A DNA stretch of 63,046 nt, filler included, from Octopus bimaculoides (taxonomy: Eukaryota): NCBI RefSeq assembly GCF_001194135.2. It is 8 parts of 8 records of this genome, joined end to end, with 100 filler letters (N's around TTAATTAATTAA, not from the genome) between each part and the next. Parts side by side here need not be neighbours in the genome. Positions count along the whole stretch, not along the records: positions 25,652 to 55,142 come from NC_069001.1; 7 more parts are not named here. One strand, given 5' to 3'. This document shows positions 37,064-49,550 of this stretch, piece after piece (position 1 is the first letter of the stretch; the number at the start of each line of letters is the position of its first letter). A program made the translations under genes and the position numbers. The notes beneath the pieces are model-generated. The model saw only the letters and a list, made by a program, of their open reading frames with translations. It was not told the DNA's origin and searched no databases.

Positions 37064-39050
37064 TCTAGTATATATAAATCACAATATATGTGTGGATAAT
37101 GACTAACACATACATTTCCACAATTCTCAACTGATTTTCTCCAAACTTTACACACACATTAGTTATGTCGCAAAGATGGTCATGCTCTATAACATTTTGC
37201 CCAGAACTCCCATGTAAATGGACGTAAAAGGACATAGTTTTTTTGTACGTAGGGTCTTCCATACTTTTTTAATGTTTTTTATAAAAGTGAAAGGATTTTG
37301 TCTATATATTTACTTTGACTGTCCGCCTGCACGATGACCCAGTCAGGAAAAAGGATTTAGAAGCTGTCATTTTGTCTTCATGTAAATAAATATTTGTTAA
37401 TTTTTCAAATTCGTTTTATATACATAGTTTTTTTGTATGTAGGGTCTTCCATACTTTTTAATCTATATCGTCGTATATTGGCATTAGACAATATTTTTGA
37501 CTGTGATATTACACAGTCTAAGAACACTGTACGTGATGAATATCCAATACCAAACAATCTTAATCTCCATATTTAAGCTGCATTATACTTTGGCAAGCTC
37601 ACCTTTACCTATTCTGAGTTACTTGAAAGGTGATGTTCCATTTCCTCTCTTCTATGTGTTAATACCCTTGTTTACCTACCAATGCGTTGTTTCACTTTAA
37701 GGATGCTTCTTTAACCCATCCATTATGATAATTCGACTGTTGTTCATTGTTCAAATATGTTTCAGTGTTGAGGTTCTAGCCTTTTTTAAACAATCACATA
37801 TGATTCATCCCAAAGAATCAACCTTTAAATAACAGTTTTGCAACCACTAGCAAACGCTATACGTATCTTTCAGAAAGTTCCAATTGCACTTTATGTGGCA
37901 TTCACTGTTACTTTATGCCCAGGCTATGTTGGAAGACAGAATAAAGGGGCTTTTGTTAGCTTATAATAGAATTGATAATCACTTGGTACACAAAAATCTG
38001 CTTTCCTTTTCCAGACATTTTTGCATGTCACCTAAAAAGGGAGCACACATTTGTAAAAATTAACACTTCCTTCTCCAAGCCTAGATTCGAAACCGAATCT
38101 AAGAATTCTCAGTTGTCCAAACCGCCATGATCAACAGGCATGAAAACAGGTTTTCTTTGTCCTGTCAAAAAAGTGATTGATCATCTCCCTTTGACTTATG
38201 ACCTCAGCCATGTCAGATTCCTTCTCCAAGCCTAGATTCGAAACCAAATCTAAGAATTGGAGAAGGAAGTGTTAATTTTTACACATTGACAGAAAGTCTT
38301 CTACAGTGACCAGGCAGCAGCACTGGCAGGCTAAGGAAACTGAGGGCCAGAGGTCCTGTAGACTGTTGAAAAGAGCTGCCACTGCTAGAGCTGCAACTAC
38401 TCCAGAGCAATGTGAAAACTATCAAGTACATGCTGCTAAAGCAAGGGCTGAAGAAACCCCATGAAAGTGTGCTATCCATTGGGCATACAGCACTGCATCC
38501 ACTTCTGCTGTGAGGTTGGCAGATGATGATAACCATTTGATGATGAGACTTCAGTCTAATGTTCACCGGAAGGCTCTTGCTCATGGCTATTGGAAGCAAT
38601 TGAGTAGTCGATAGGCATCAAAGGTGCTCAACTATGATCCTGCTGAGGATTACACCACTCATTGAGAGACTGCTACAGGGGATATGTCTGTAATATGTCC
38701 ATTTTGCAAGGCCCTCAAATGGGTTGGAGAATCCAGTGGCCTATGCTCCTCAAACGGAAAGGTTCGCTTGCCTGACTTGCATAACACTCCTCAGCCTTTC
38801 CTCTTTTTACCCCTTGGCCAACACCCTGATTCACAGCAATTTATACAGAAAATTTGCACTTATAACTTTGTCTTCCAAATGACAAGTTTTGGTCACAAAC
38901 TCATTCATGAAGATTCCTATATGCCAACATTCAAAATTCAGGGCCAAACCTATCATCGGATAGGTTCTATTCTTCCTGTCATCAATGCTGAACATCGATT
39001 CCTTCAAATTTATTTCATTGGAGATACCACTGAATATTTGTGAGATGAGA
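37064..39050 (+). mobile_element. Helitron 5' portion: A|TC start, STPR-like repeats, Zn-finger and pre-Rep region; truncated near a SINE
   Basis: A|TCTAGTATATATAAA start. KETEGQR..RL..RAATTPEQ..RAEETP repeats, LNYDPAEDY, MSVICPFCKALKWVGESSGLCSSNGKVRLP, YNFVFQMTSFG, PTFKIQGQTYHRIGSILP, FLQIYF. Confidence 0.75.
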
Positions 39051-39087
39051 AATTTGTGTTGTGTATACTGTTTATATTAGTTGGAGT

Positions 39088-39475
39088 GTGGAGGTGCAAT
39101 GGCCAAGTGGTCAGGGCAGCGGACTCGCGGTCATAGGATCGCGGTTTCGATACCCAGACCGGGTGTGGTGGGTGTTTATTGCGCGAAAACACCTAAAGCT
39201 CCACGAGACTCCAGCAGGGGATGGTGGCGAACCCTGCTGTACTCTTTCACCACAACTTTCTCTCACTCTTTCTTCCTGTTTCTGTTGTGCCTGTAATTCA
39301 AAGGGTCAACCTTGTCACACTGTGTCACGCTGAATATCCCCCGAGAACTACGTTAAGGGTACATGTGTCTGTGGAGTGTTCAGCCACTTGCACGTTAATT
39401 TCATGAGCAGGCTGTTCCATTGATCGGATCAACTGGAACCCTCGACGTCGTAAGCGACGGAGTCCCAACAACAAC
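39088..39475 (+). mobile_element. Full-length tRNA-derived SINE with 14-bp TSD
   Basis: Collinear with 14073-14462. TSD atattagttggagt / atattaattggagt. Confidence 0.85.
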
Positions 39476-40712
39476 ATATTAATTGGAGTGGTGTAGTCAT
39501 CTTGATTGTTGATTTCATAACATTTCACCTGCTGCCTTCTTCAGGTGTCTTGTGTTGAACTCAGTTGAACTAAGACACTTGAAGAAGTCAAAATGTAGTA
39601 AAATCAACAATAAAGAGGAAGACACCAATCTGACTTCCATAAACAGTAGACTCTGCTGAAATCTCAAATCCCAGAGCTGTTGAATACCTGACAATAATAG
39701 ACCATCTCCTCTACCATGCAGGGTGTAATTACAATCAATTGCAGTTGCTGATTTGCCAAAATATCACTGTAATCTGTACTGACCTATGGAATCCTAAATA
39801 TTCTCAATTAGAAACCATTTATTTCCAGTTTCTTTTTAAATTCTTTTCTCTTTAACTCTACATCTGACGTAAAATATCTCCACACAAAATTCAGCTTACA
39901 CATTACTATATCTAAACAAACTTTTTAGCTTTCATTTTAACTAGTCCATTTAACAAGCAGATTAAATACTGTTCTAATTTATTTTCATGCTTGGTCAATT
40001 CAGTTACTCATTTTTTTTTTATAATTGGAAATATATTTTTTTATTAAAAAATTCATTTATAAAGTTTTTCATTAATTCATTTAAAATTTTTTCAATCTTT
40101 TATGATCTTTTAATAACTAATTTTTATATTATATATATTTTCTCTTGTCTTTTCATATTTTCTAATGTTTCCTCGCTTGATTCACTTCCTGTATCTTCCT
40201 TTCAATATCTTTAATATCTGCAGACTCAGCAGATATCTACTGCCAATGTAAAATAAAATCCTTTTATTGGAAACTCCATGACAGATGTAGATTATTACTT
40301 AGTATTGCCCTCTATCTAATTATTCAAGTTTTCTGGGTTTTACCAAGAGTAAATCATTCTCTTACAGTTGAATGAACCTTGAAGGAAAACTTTAAGTCCA
40401 GATCACCAGGAAAATTATGATACATTTGACATTTTTCAGGAGTGAGTAGTTTATCAGTAAAGGTTCCATTCTTTTTCTTAAATCTGTTTCAAAATAACCT
40501 TACTGCTACAGACACAAGGCCTGAAATTTTCAGGTGCAGGAAGACAATTACGTCATCCCCCAGTGTTCAACTGGTACTTATTTCATAGACCCTGGTAGAA
40601 TTTGAACTCAGTGCATTTTGTCTGGTGTGCTAACAATTCTGCCAGCTCACCACCTTAAACTTGCATGAAAATAATAAATTCAGTTTAACACACACAAACA
40701 CATGCATGCATG

Positions 40713-40755
<43 letters not shown>

Positions 40756-41258
40756 AGCACTCTGTTGGTTCTGACGATGAGTGTTCTATTTGACCAAATC
40801 AATAGAACAGCCTACTTGTGAAATTAACTTGCAAGTGGCTGAGCACTCCACAGACATGTGTACCCTTAAGGTAGTTCTCAGGAAGATTCAATATGAAACA
40901 AAATGTGACACGGCTGACTCTTTTAAATTACAGGTACGACTCATTTTTGCCAGCTGAGTGGACTGCTGAGAATCGAACTCATGACCTTACAATCGTGAAC
41001 TGTATACTCACATACCTTCACTACGCACACACAGAGACACAGACACACAGATTAGAGATTTATTACTTTAGCACTTGGCCACCACTTCGGAAACAAAATA
41101 GTTTTGATCCTATAAACGTAGGAATTTTATTTCAGTGGATATCATTGCAATTCAACTGCACCAAACAAATTTAATTCCTAAAGAGTTGAAATAATTTTTC
41201 CAAGAGAAACGAAGGTAAAGTAAGTGAGATGGAAAAGGCAACAGAGAAATAAGCATTG

Positions 41259-41329
<71 letters not shown>

Positions 41330-41809
41330 GTGAAACTCATATACTTATACTGTAATCATAAACAGACATCTAAAGATATGCTTTCCTTCTCTATTTTGCT
41401 CTCCTCTCTTCTCAACTCATTGTTACTCTTTATATATGTGTGTATGTGTATGTGTGCACACATTAATATATGTATGTATGTATATATCATCACTATCATG
41501 TTTTAACGTCTGTTTTCCATGCTGGCATGGGTTGGATGGTTCGACCAGAGCTGGAAAGCAGGAGAGCTGCATCAGGTTTCATTCTGATTTGGCTGCGTTT
41601 CTATGGGTGGTTGCCTTTCCTAATGCCAATGACTTTACAGTGTGTGGTGGATGCATTTTACGGGGCACTAGCACACGGCTCTTGCAGGCCAATCCTGTTC
41701 ATCAATACATACATACACACAACACACATACATTTATAATATATGTGTGCATGTGTGACTATATATATATGTGTGTGTGTGTGTGTATAAATATACTCTT
41801 CTTTCTTTT

Positions 41810-42830
41810 TCACTCTTTCCTTTAGTTGAGCAAATTGACCCCAGGACTTATTCTTTGTAAGCCTAGTACTTATTCTATCGGTCTCTTTTGCCGAACTGCT
41901 AAGTTACAGGGATGTAAACTCACCAGCATCAGTTGTCAAGTGATGTTGGGGAGACAAACACAGACACACAAACATATACACACACATACATATATATATA
42001 TACATATACACGATGGGCTTCTTTCAGTTTCCATCTACCAAATCCACTCAGAAGGCTCTGGTCAACCTAAGGCTATAGTAGAAGACACTTGCCCAAGGTG
42101 CCAAGCAGTGAGACTGAACCCGGAACCATGTGGTTCGTAAGCAAGCTANNNNNNNNNNNNNNNNNNNNNNNNNNNNNNNNNNNNNNNNNNNNNNNNNNNN
42201 NNNNNNNNNNNNNNNNNNNNNNNNNNNNNNNNNNNNNNNNNNNNNNNNNNNNNNNNNNNNNNNNNNNNNNNNNNNNNNNNNNNNNNNNNNNNNNNNNNNN
42301 NNNNNNNNNNNNNNATATATATATATATATATATATACCAAATATGGTGCAAGAGTGGGTGTGTAGTAAGAAGCTTGCTTCCAAACCACAAAGTTGTTGG
42401 TTCAGTCCCATTGCATGGTACCTTGGCAAGTGGCTTCTATTAACCTTGGGCCGACCAGGAGTGGCTGTGTGGTAAGTAGCTTGCATACCAACCACATGGT
42501 TCTGGGTTCAGTCCCACTGCATGACACCTTGGGCAAGTGTCTTCTACTATAGCCTTGTGAGTGGATTTGGTTGATAGAAATTGAAAGAAGTCTGTCGTAT
42601 GTGTGTGTGTGGATGTGAAGTTGTGTATGTGTTTGTTCTCCCACCAACGTTAGTTGTCAAGCGTTGGTGTGTTTACATACCTGTAACTTAGCAGTTTGGC
42701 AAAAGAGACCAATCGAATAAGTACTAGGCTTACAAAGAATAAGTCCTGCAGTCAATTTATCTGACTAAATGTTTTGCGCCGTAAAATGCATGGCCACAGT
42801 CAAATGACTGAAACAAGTAAGAGTAAAAAA
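41810..42830. mobile_element. Head-to-head pair of SINEs (minus 41810-42150; plus about 42350-42830) across a gap
   Basis: Both match the gtggctgtgtggtaag...ggttcagtcccactg...ttgggcaagtgtcttctactatag...aagagaccaatagaataagtact family. Confidence 0.7.
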
Positions 42831-42840
42831 GAACATATAC

Positions 42841-42901
<61 letters not shown>

Positions 42902-43416
42902 TATATATATATATATATATTAACAGGCGGGCACATGGCCTAATGATTAATCTTTTGCACTCACAATTGCAAAATTCTAGTCGTGATTGCCAGACCAGCA
43001 GTACCCATTCTTGAGCAAAACCCTTCATTTCCCATTGCTCCTGTCTACTCACCTATGAATAGTTAAACCTGTGATGGATTGGTATTTCTTCTCGGAGAGC
43101 AAATTGTCCCTGTCTCTCTAGCCAGCAGGATAGCATAGTTCGAAAACTACAACAATGCAGAGAAGCATATTTTTCAGATCACTAGTGACATCCAGTAGTC
43201 TGATCTATACATTGATTGAGACAGACATGTATGCACACAAATATATGCTTCATTTATGTATTAACAAGGCAACCAGTAGTTTCATGCAGAAGAGATCTCC
43301 ACAATTGTTCAAGTTCACCAATGCAGTGTTATGTGCTCATTCTCACTGTTTGGTACTGAACAAATAAATATTTGTGTGTGTGTATATGTATGTATATATA
43401 TATATATGCATACATA

Positions 43417-43453
<37 letters not shown>

Positions 43454-44565
43454 CATCATTGTTAAAGGTTTGCTTTCCATGCTGGCATGGATTGGACAGT
43501 TTGACTGAGGACTGGCAAGCCAGGAGGCTGCACCAGGCTCCCATCTTTTCTGGCAAGGTTTCTACAGCTGTATGCCATTTCTAACACCAACCACTCTGCT
43601 AGTGTTGTTGGTGCTTTTTAAGTTCCACTGGCACAGGGGCCAGTCAGGTGACACTGGCACTGATCACACCCTGAATCGTGCTTTCTACGTGCCACTGGCA
43701 CAGGAGCCAGCCAAGCGGTACTGGCATCAACAATATGAACAAGAATAAGAATGGAGATTATCAGATCTTTATTTGAGGATTATATCATACAAGACCAACG
43801 TTTATTTTTGTGTAAGTAGTTAGATATAGTAAATGCATGTTAATTTGAATGTCATGGTGTCTAGGGCCAATGTAGTTTTCCATAGCCTTGAGTCAATTCA
43901 AACCTTGTAAAACTGGTAAGTCCATCACATGGATGAAACTTGATATAGTTCTGGAATGTTTAGTCACCTGCACTTCAGCAGTAGTTTGGCTGGGTGAACA
44001 ACTGAAGCATCTTTGGCACTGTTGGAAAACCATCTGTCTACAAAGAGTGATTGCGAGAGAGAAAGATACAGAACAGTTAAGGTTCTGTCCTTATACTCAA
44101 ACTTGCTTCAAAATAATCTTTTCTACTATCAGCACAAGGCCTGAAATTTTGGCGGAATGGGACTAGTTGGATACATTGACCCAAGTAAGGATGAAAGGAA
44201 AAGTTGACCTCAGTGAAATTTGAACTCAGAACACAAGGTGGATGAAATCCCACTGAGTATTTTGTCGAGTGTGCTGACAATTTTAACAGGGCACTGCCTT
44301 GAAAATAAAACTAATAAAAATGGGTTCAAATTTTGGTAGAAGGTATGTTATTCTTGAGAGTGAGCATTAATTGCATCATCAGCATCATCTTTTCATCATT
44401 TAACATCCATTGTCCATGCTGGCATGGGTTGGACAGTGTAGCCAGAGCTGGCAAGATAGGGAGCTGCTCCAGATTCCAGTCTGATTTGGCCTGGTTTCTA
44501 CAACTGGATGCCTTTTCTAACACCAACCATTTTACAGAGTTTGTTGTGTGTTTTTACGTGGAACC

Positions 44566-44738
44566 ACACAGGCCTTTTCACGTGGCACTGCATGGGCACT
44601 TTTATGTGGCACCACACAGGCACTTTCATGTGGCACTGCATGGGTACTTTTATGTGGTACCACACTGGCACTTTCATGTGGCACTGTATGGGTACTTTTA
44701 TGTGGCACCGCACAGGCACTTTCACGTGGCACTGCCAT
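44566..44738 (+). repeat. 48-bp tandem repeat (two ~24-bp subunits), ~3.5 copies, inside a retroposon tail
   Basis: Unit cacacaggcactttcatgtggcactgcatgggtacttttatgtggcac; 16-aa periodicity in the ORF track. Confidence 0.85.
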
Positions 44739-45909
44739 GATATATATTCTATGGTTTAAGTTTGCATGATTTCGAAATCACTAAGCTTTGAAAATATAAA
44801 CAAACTTTCCTGTTCTATATTTGAGTGGGTTGTTAAAGTTTGTTGATTCGTTTTCATTAATTGTGTTCAGACAACATCTTCCAAGGAACAAATCACTTTT
44901 ATTAATGTTTCCCGAGAAAGAAAAAAGCTTGATGGTCACTAAAGAATATGCACAGGTTCAAAGGAAACTATTTTTCATTCTGTGAAGTATGCAAAGTCCA
45001 CTGAGCTTGTTGGGTTTTGCAAGGTTCTGGAACCTGTAGTATCACCGAAAAGGTCGTTGGAAAAGTTCTTATAGATCAATAACTTTTAACTAATTTCATT
45101 CACATTTCAAACTTGGTTCATTCTAACTTGAAATTCTGAATATTTGTTTTCCTTGAAATTAATATGAGAGAGATTGATACTTTATTTATTAGCTCCGGAA
45201 AGATGAAAGACAAAGTTGACCATAGCTCTATTTGAACTTAGAACTCAGAGAATCAAAATAAAAAGAAACCCACCAATGCCAGAACCAATTCACCACCTTT
45301 TGTAAGACATATTAATTGTTGAAATAAGATAGGAGGGTCATGGCTGCAATGCTTTGATCATAATTTTAGTCGACCAGGGCTGACCTAGGGTTAACAAACA
45401 ACAACCACAAAAACAACTACAAAAAAACAACCGCAAAAACAACTACACATATAATTGTGTTGAACAGTTCAAGGTGGTTGTTTTTGTTTTTTATATTCTT
45501 GAAAAGAAGAAAATTAGTTTTCTTTTCAGAAACTGAAAATTAATTCATCTACTTCAATGCTTCGGAGTTTGTCAGTTTAATTATCACAGTTGAATTATTA
45601 ATTACCAAAGTCTTGTGTTCTTTGCTCATATACACTCTTCCTTACCGCTGCTGCTTCCATTGTTATTGTAAACAATATTATAAAATAAGGCATAGAAAAC
45701 AAAGATCTGAAGGTGTATCATGTTTTGAAGTGTGTTCTTTGTAATGAAATAGACTTTTTTTTTTAATATAGTACTAGTAACTGTTGTTGTTGTTGCTGTT
45801 GTTGATGTTGTTTTAACCCCAGGTCGGCCATGATTGAGCAGACCTATAATGCTACATATTTCAGCTGTGACCATCTGATCATCTTTTTTTTTTCTGTATC
45901 AAGAACTAA

Positions 45910-45975
45910 CGTGTGACCTTCACCTAATGTGTGACCTTCACCTAATGTGTGACCTTCACCTAAAGCGTGTCCTTC
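45910..45975 (+). repeat. 18-bp tandem repeat x3-4
   Basis: (aatgtgtgaccttcacct)n. Confidence 0.85.
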
Positions 45976-46370
45976 ACTTTTTAAGAGGCAATTTATGAGA
46001 ATTCAGCTGCATGGTCCAACCCAGGCCAGCATGGAAAACAGATGTTAAAGGATGATGATGATGATGTCTAGCAGATCGAGCAGGTAGATTGAGTATCTCT
46101 CATTGGCCAGTATTATTATTGTTAGCATATTGGACAAAATGCTTGGCAGCATTTCATCTGGGTTTATGTCCTGAGTTCTCTACAAAGGTTGGCTTCGCTT
46201 TTTACTCATCCAGTATAGATAGAATTTACAGCAGTCAAGCATTATTGGTGATTTTATCAACCTGTCTCTCCTCCCACAAAGTTTCAGGCCTTACTACTTA
46301 CTCCTAATAAAACCTATCACTGATGTGTAAGTGGCAAAATGTTCCACAAACACATCAAATATAATACATG

Positions 46371-46431
<61 letters not shown>

Positions 46432-46819
46432 GCTAGGCAGTAAATTGGCAGAACAGTTAGCTTGCTTGACAAAATGCTAAGCTGCAATTCTTCTGAGTGC
46501 AAATTCTGTAGGGGTCAAATTTGCTTTTGCCTCCTTGGTGTAAATATTGAGTGGGGTTTAGAATTGAAACTGCATTGACGTAGTTATGAGAAATAGGCCA
46601 CAGTATTGCAGGTGATTTGCCCTGAACTCCAACCAATTATATATACAATTACAATTTCTTACCCTACTACTTTCACCCTTGCTCTGAAGAGGGACTCAAT
46701 CTAGTTAAATACTTCCCCGTCTTCGGCCTTTCTTCTTTTACTGTGGTAGATTTTTCAACAGAATAGTTGTGGGAATTAGAATGAGCTTCATCTAGGTGAA
46801 AGTGTTCATAGAATACATA

Positions 46820-47050
46820 GCGGCAAGCTGGTAGAAACATTAGCACGCTGGGCGAAATGCTTAGCGGTATTTCATCTGCCGCTATGTTCTGAGTTCAAAT
46901 TCCGCCGAGGTCGACTTTGCCTTTCATCCTTTCAGGGTAGATAAACTAAGTACCAGTTACGCACTGGGGTCGATGTAATTGACTTAATCTCTTTGCCTGT
47001 CCTTGTTTGTCCCCTCTACGTTTAGCCCCTTGTGGGCAATAAAGAAATAA
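46820..47050 (+). mobile_element. tRNA-derived SINE, third family; degraded copies near 4250, 7860, 21015, 27050, 27780, 40500, 44140
   Basis: ggcggc.agctgg.agaa.c.ttagcacgc...ctgagttcaaattccgccgaggtcgactttgcctttcatcc...aagtaccagtt..gcactggggtcgatgtaat recurs. Confidence 0.75.
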
Positions 47051-47659
47051 GAATACATAGTGGCCAGGATCTTTTCCTTATGCCCTAGTTCCAGCCCAGA
47101 TTATACAGTTGCTTGCTAGTTAGATGACTGTATTGAAGACATCTTCCTCAGTGGTAAACTCAAGATTTTCTTTAAGCCTTTTGTTGGCTATTTCCATTTT
47201 GTTCCTGAATTCATCACTTTCATCTCAGTCAATTCCCTTAACTATCTTAGCATCTCCGTCCCAGTTTACCACTTTAAACTAACACTTGACCTTATTATCC
47301 TCTCTAAATCCACTGACTTGCACTTCATCTTCAAATTCCCCTCCTGTTAATCCATCCACACCAGACAAGCAGTCATCCATTTCCTTTTCCTGTCTTCACT
47401 GCATTTGTATTTGTGACTATAATTCTCTGACTTGTTTTCAAAATGTGTTCTGGAAACTTACCATGCATGGATATCTCACACTAGTTCAAACTGCTTTCAC
47501 CTGAACCCATTAAGTCGACTGAACCACCATCCACTTATCTTGTGATAGCTTCCATGATCGTTCCTCTCACCTACAACCCATTACATTACCTAATTCCACT
47601 TTCATTTTGCTACCTATTGCTTTTCCCTGATTCCTCTTCTCTTCTTTAAACATGCTCAC

Positions 47660-48074
47660 AACCTCCATATAATTTACCTGTTACCCAACCTCCATATAAT
47701 TTACCTCTTACCCAACTTCCATATAATTTACCTCTTACCCAACCTCCATATAATTTACCTCTTACCCAACTTCCATATAATTTACCTCTTACCCAACTTC
47801 CATATAATTTACCTGTTATCCAATCTCCATATAATTTACCTGTTACCCAACCTCCATANNNNNNNNNNNNNNNNNNNNNNNTCCATATAATTTACCTCTT
47901 ACCCAACTTCCATATAATTTACCTCTTACCCAACTTCCATATAATTTACCTGTTATCCAATCTCCATATAATTTATCTGTTATCCAATCTCCATATAATT
48001 TATCTGTTATCCAATCTCCATATAATTTACCTGTTACCCAACCTCCATATAATTTACCTGTTGCTACCTCTTAC
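47660..48074 (+). repeat. 27-bp minisatellite, ~15 units with a small gap
   Basis: Unit aac(c/t)tccatataatttacct(g/c)ttaccc with no spacers. Confidence 0.9.
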
Positions 48075-48369
48075 GCAACTATTGAATCAAACCCAAATAT
48101 CTTCACTGCTTTCGTTCTTCCCCCAAACTTGTGCATTCATCACCATCATCACCTTCACCAATCTTAACAATCAATCCTGTCATATCACAGCCTTTCCAAT
48201 TATTTACATTCATCATTTGTGGTCCCAAGGGCTCTGTTTTTGGATACATTTTTATGAGACAAACTCGTTAAAGAGAGAACAGAAACTTATGTTTTCTTAA
48301 GAATTTCACACCCTACAAATTAAATGTCATCTTAAGTTTCTTCAGTTCTATCCTTACTTACACTACAGG

Positions 48370-48712
48370 GTAAAGGGTAAAGACCTCCATCAATCATGAA
48401 TGACCATGGCATTGCACCTAGAAAGTTCCCTCTAAGGCACAAGTCTGTGCAAGGTTGTTTATGGAAGACTAGCAGTCACCCATGCATACCAGGCTCCTCT
48501 CTTCATGACACCGATGTTATCCAAGGGAAAGACAAAAGTCGATACAGCTTGGCACCAGTGACATCACAGCTCATTTCTACAGCCGAGCAGAATGGAACAA
48601 TGTGAAATAAAGTGTCTTGCTTAAGAACACATTATACACAGCCTGGTCTGGGAATTGCACTCTCTACCTCATGATTGTGAGCCCAAAGCTCTAGCCACTG
48701 AGCCATGCACCA
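48370..48712 (-). mobile_element. tRNA-derived SINE with (TTACCC)-type tail
   Basis: Minus-strand head ggtgcatggctcagtggctagagc...; body shares gtgaaataaagtgtcttgct.aagaacac with the 10678 family. Confidence 0.6.
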
Positions 48713-49069
48713 CTCTGCCAAGTCTCATTCTAATACCAAACACGTACGTATCTCCAAATAAAATTGCCTGCAACCTATCTTACACATAACACTACACTAA
48801 GCAAGCATACATATACAAAACACACACGCACACATCACAAGCACAAATCCACACTTGCACTCAATAAATACGTGCATATCAATGGACTTAATATACAACC
48901 TCAATTTCTATAACTACTTCTGGTCACACACTGCACTCTATATGCATTCTGCCACTACTGTTCTGCAAGCACACTTACGCATACCTGCACAGGAAACAAT
49001 CACATCCGCTTTCATATGCCTTATTTACTGTGTTTACTCAGGAACTCACATACAAAATTCATATATAGG

Positions 49070-49269
49070 CGTAGGAGTGACTGTGTGGTAAATAGCTTGC
49101 TTACCAACCAAATGGTTCCGGGTTCAGTCCCACTGCGTGGCACCTTAGGCAGGTGTCTTCTACTATAGCCTCGGGCCGACCAAAGCCTTGTGAGTGGATT
49201 TGGTAGATGGAAACTGAAAGAAGCCCGTTGTATATANNNNNNNNNNNNNNNNNNNNNNNNNNNNNNNNN

Positions 49270-49315
<46 letters not shown>

Positions 49316-49550
49316 TTGTATGCATGTGTGTATGTGTCTGTGTGTCTGTGTTTGCCTCCTCCCCAACATCGCTTGACAACCGATGCTGGTGTGTTTACGT
49401 CCCTGTAACTTAGCGGTTCGGCAAAAGAGACCAATAGAATAAGTACTAGGCTTACAAAGAATAAGTCCTGGGGTCGATTTGCTCGACTAAAGGCAGTGCT
49501 CCAGCATGGCCACAGTCAAAATGACTGAAACAAGTAAAAGAGTAAAGAGT
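49070..49550 (+). mobile_element. Full-length SINE with internal microsatellite; further copies at 52070-52460, 58575-58940, partial at 58380-58480 and 61960-62110
   Basis: tRNA-like head (gtgactgtgtggtaaatagc...ggttcagtccc), shared core and (gtaaaaga)n tail. Confidence 0.8.

Noticed and set aside
47660-48074. 27-bp repeats as a CRISPR array
   Set aside because: Units are contiguous with no unique spacers, and the context is eukaryotic.
48970-48995. 6-nt microexon (cag|GTATGC|gtaagt) on the minus strand
   Set aside because: Expected by chance in 63 kb; no supporting context can be seen.
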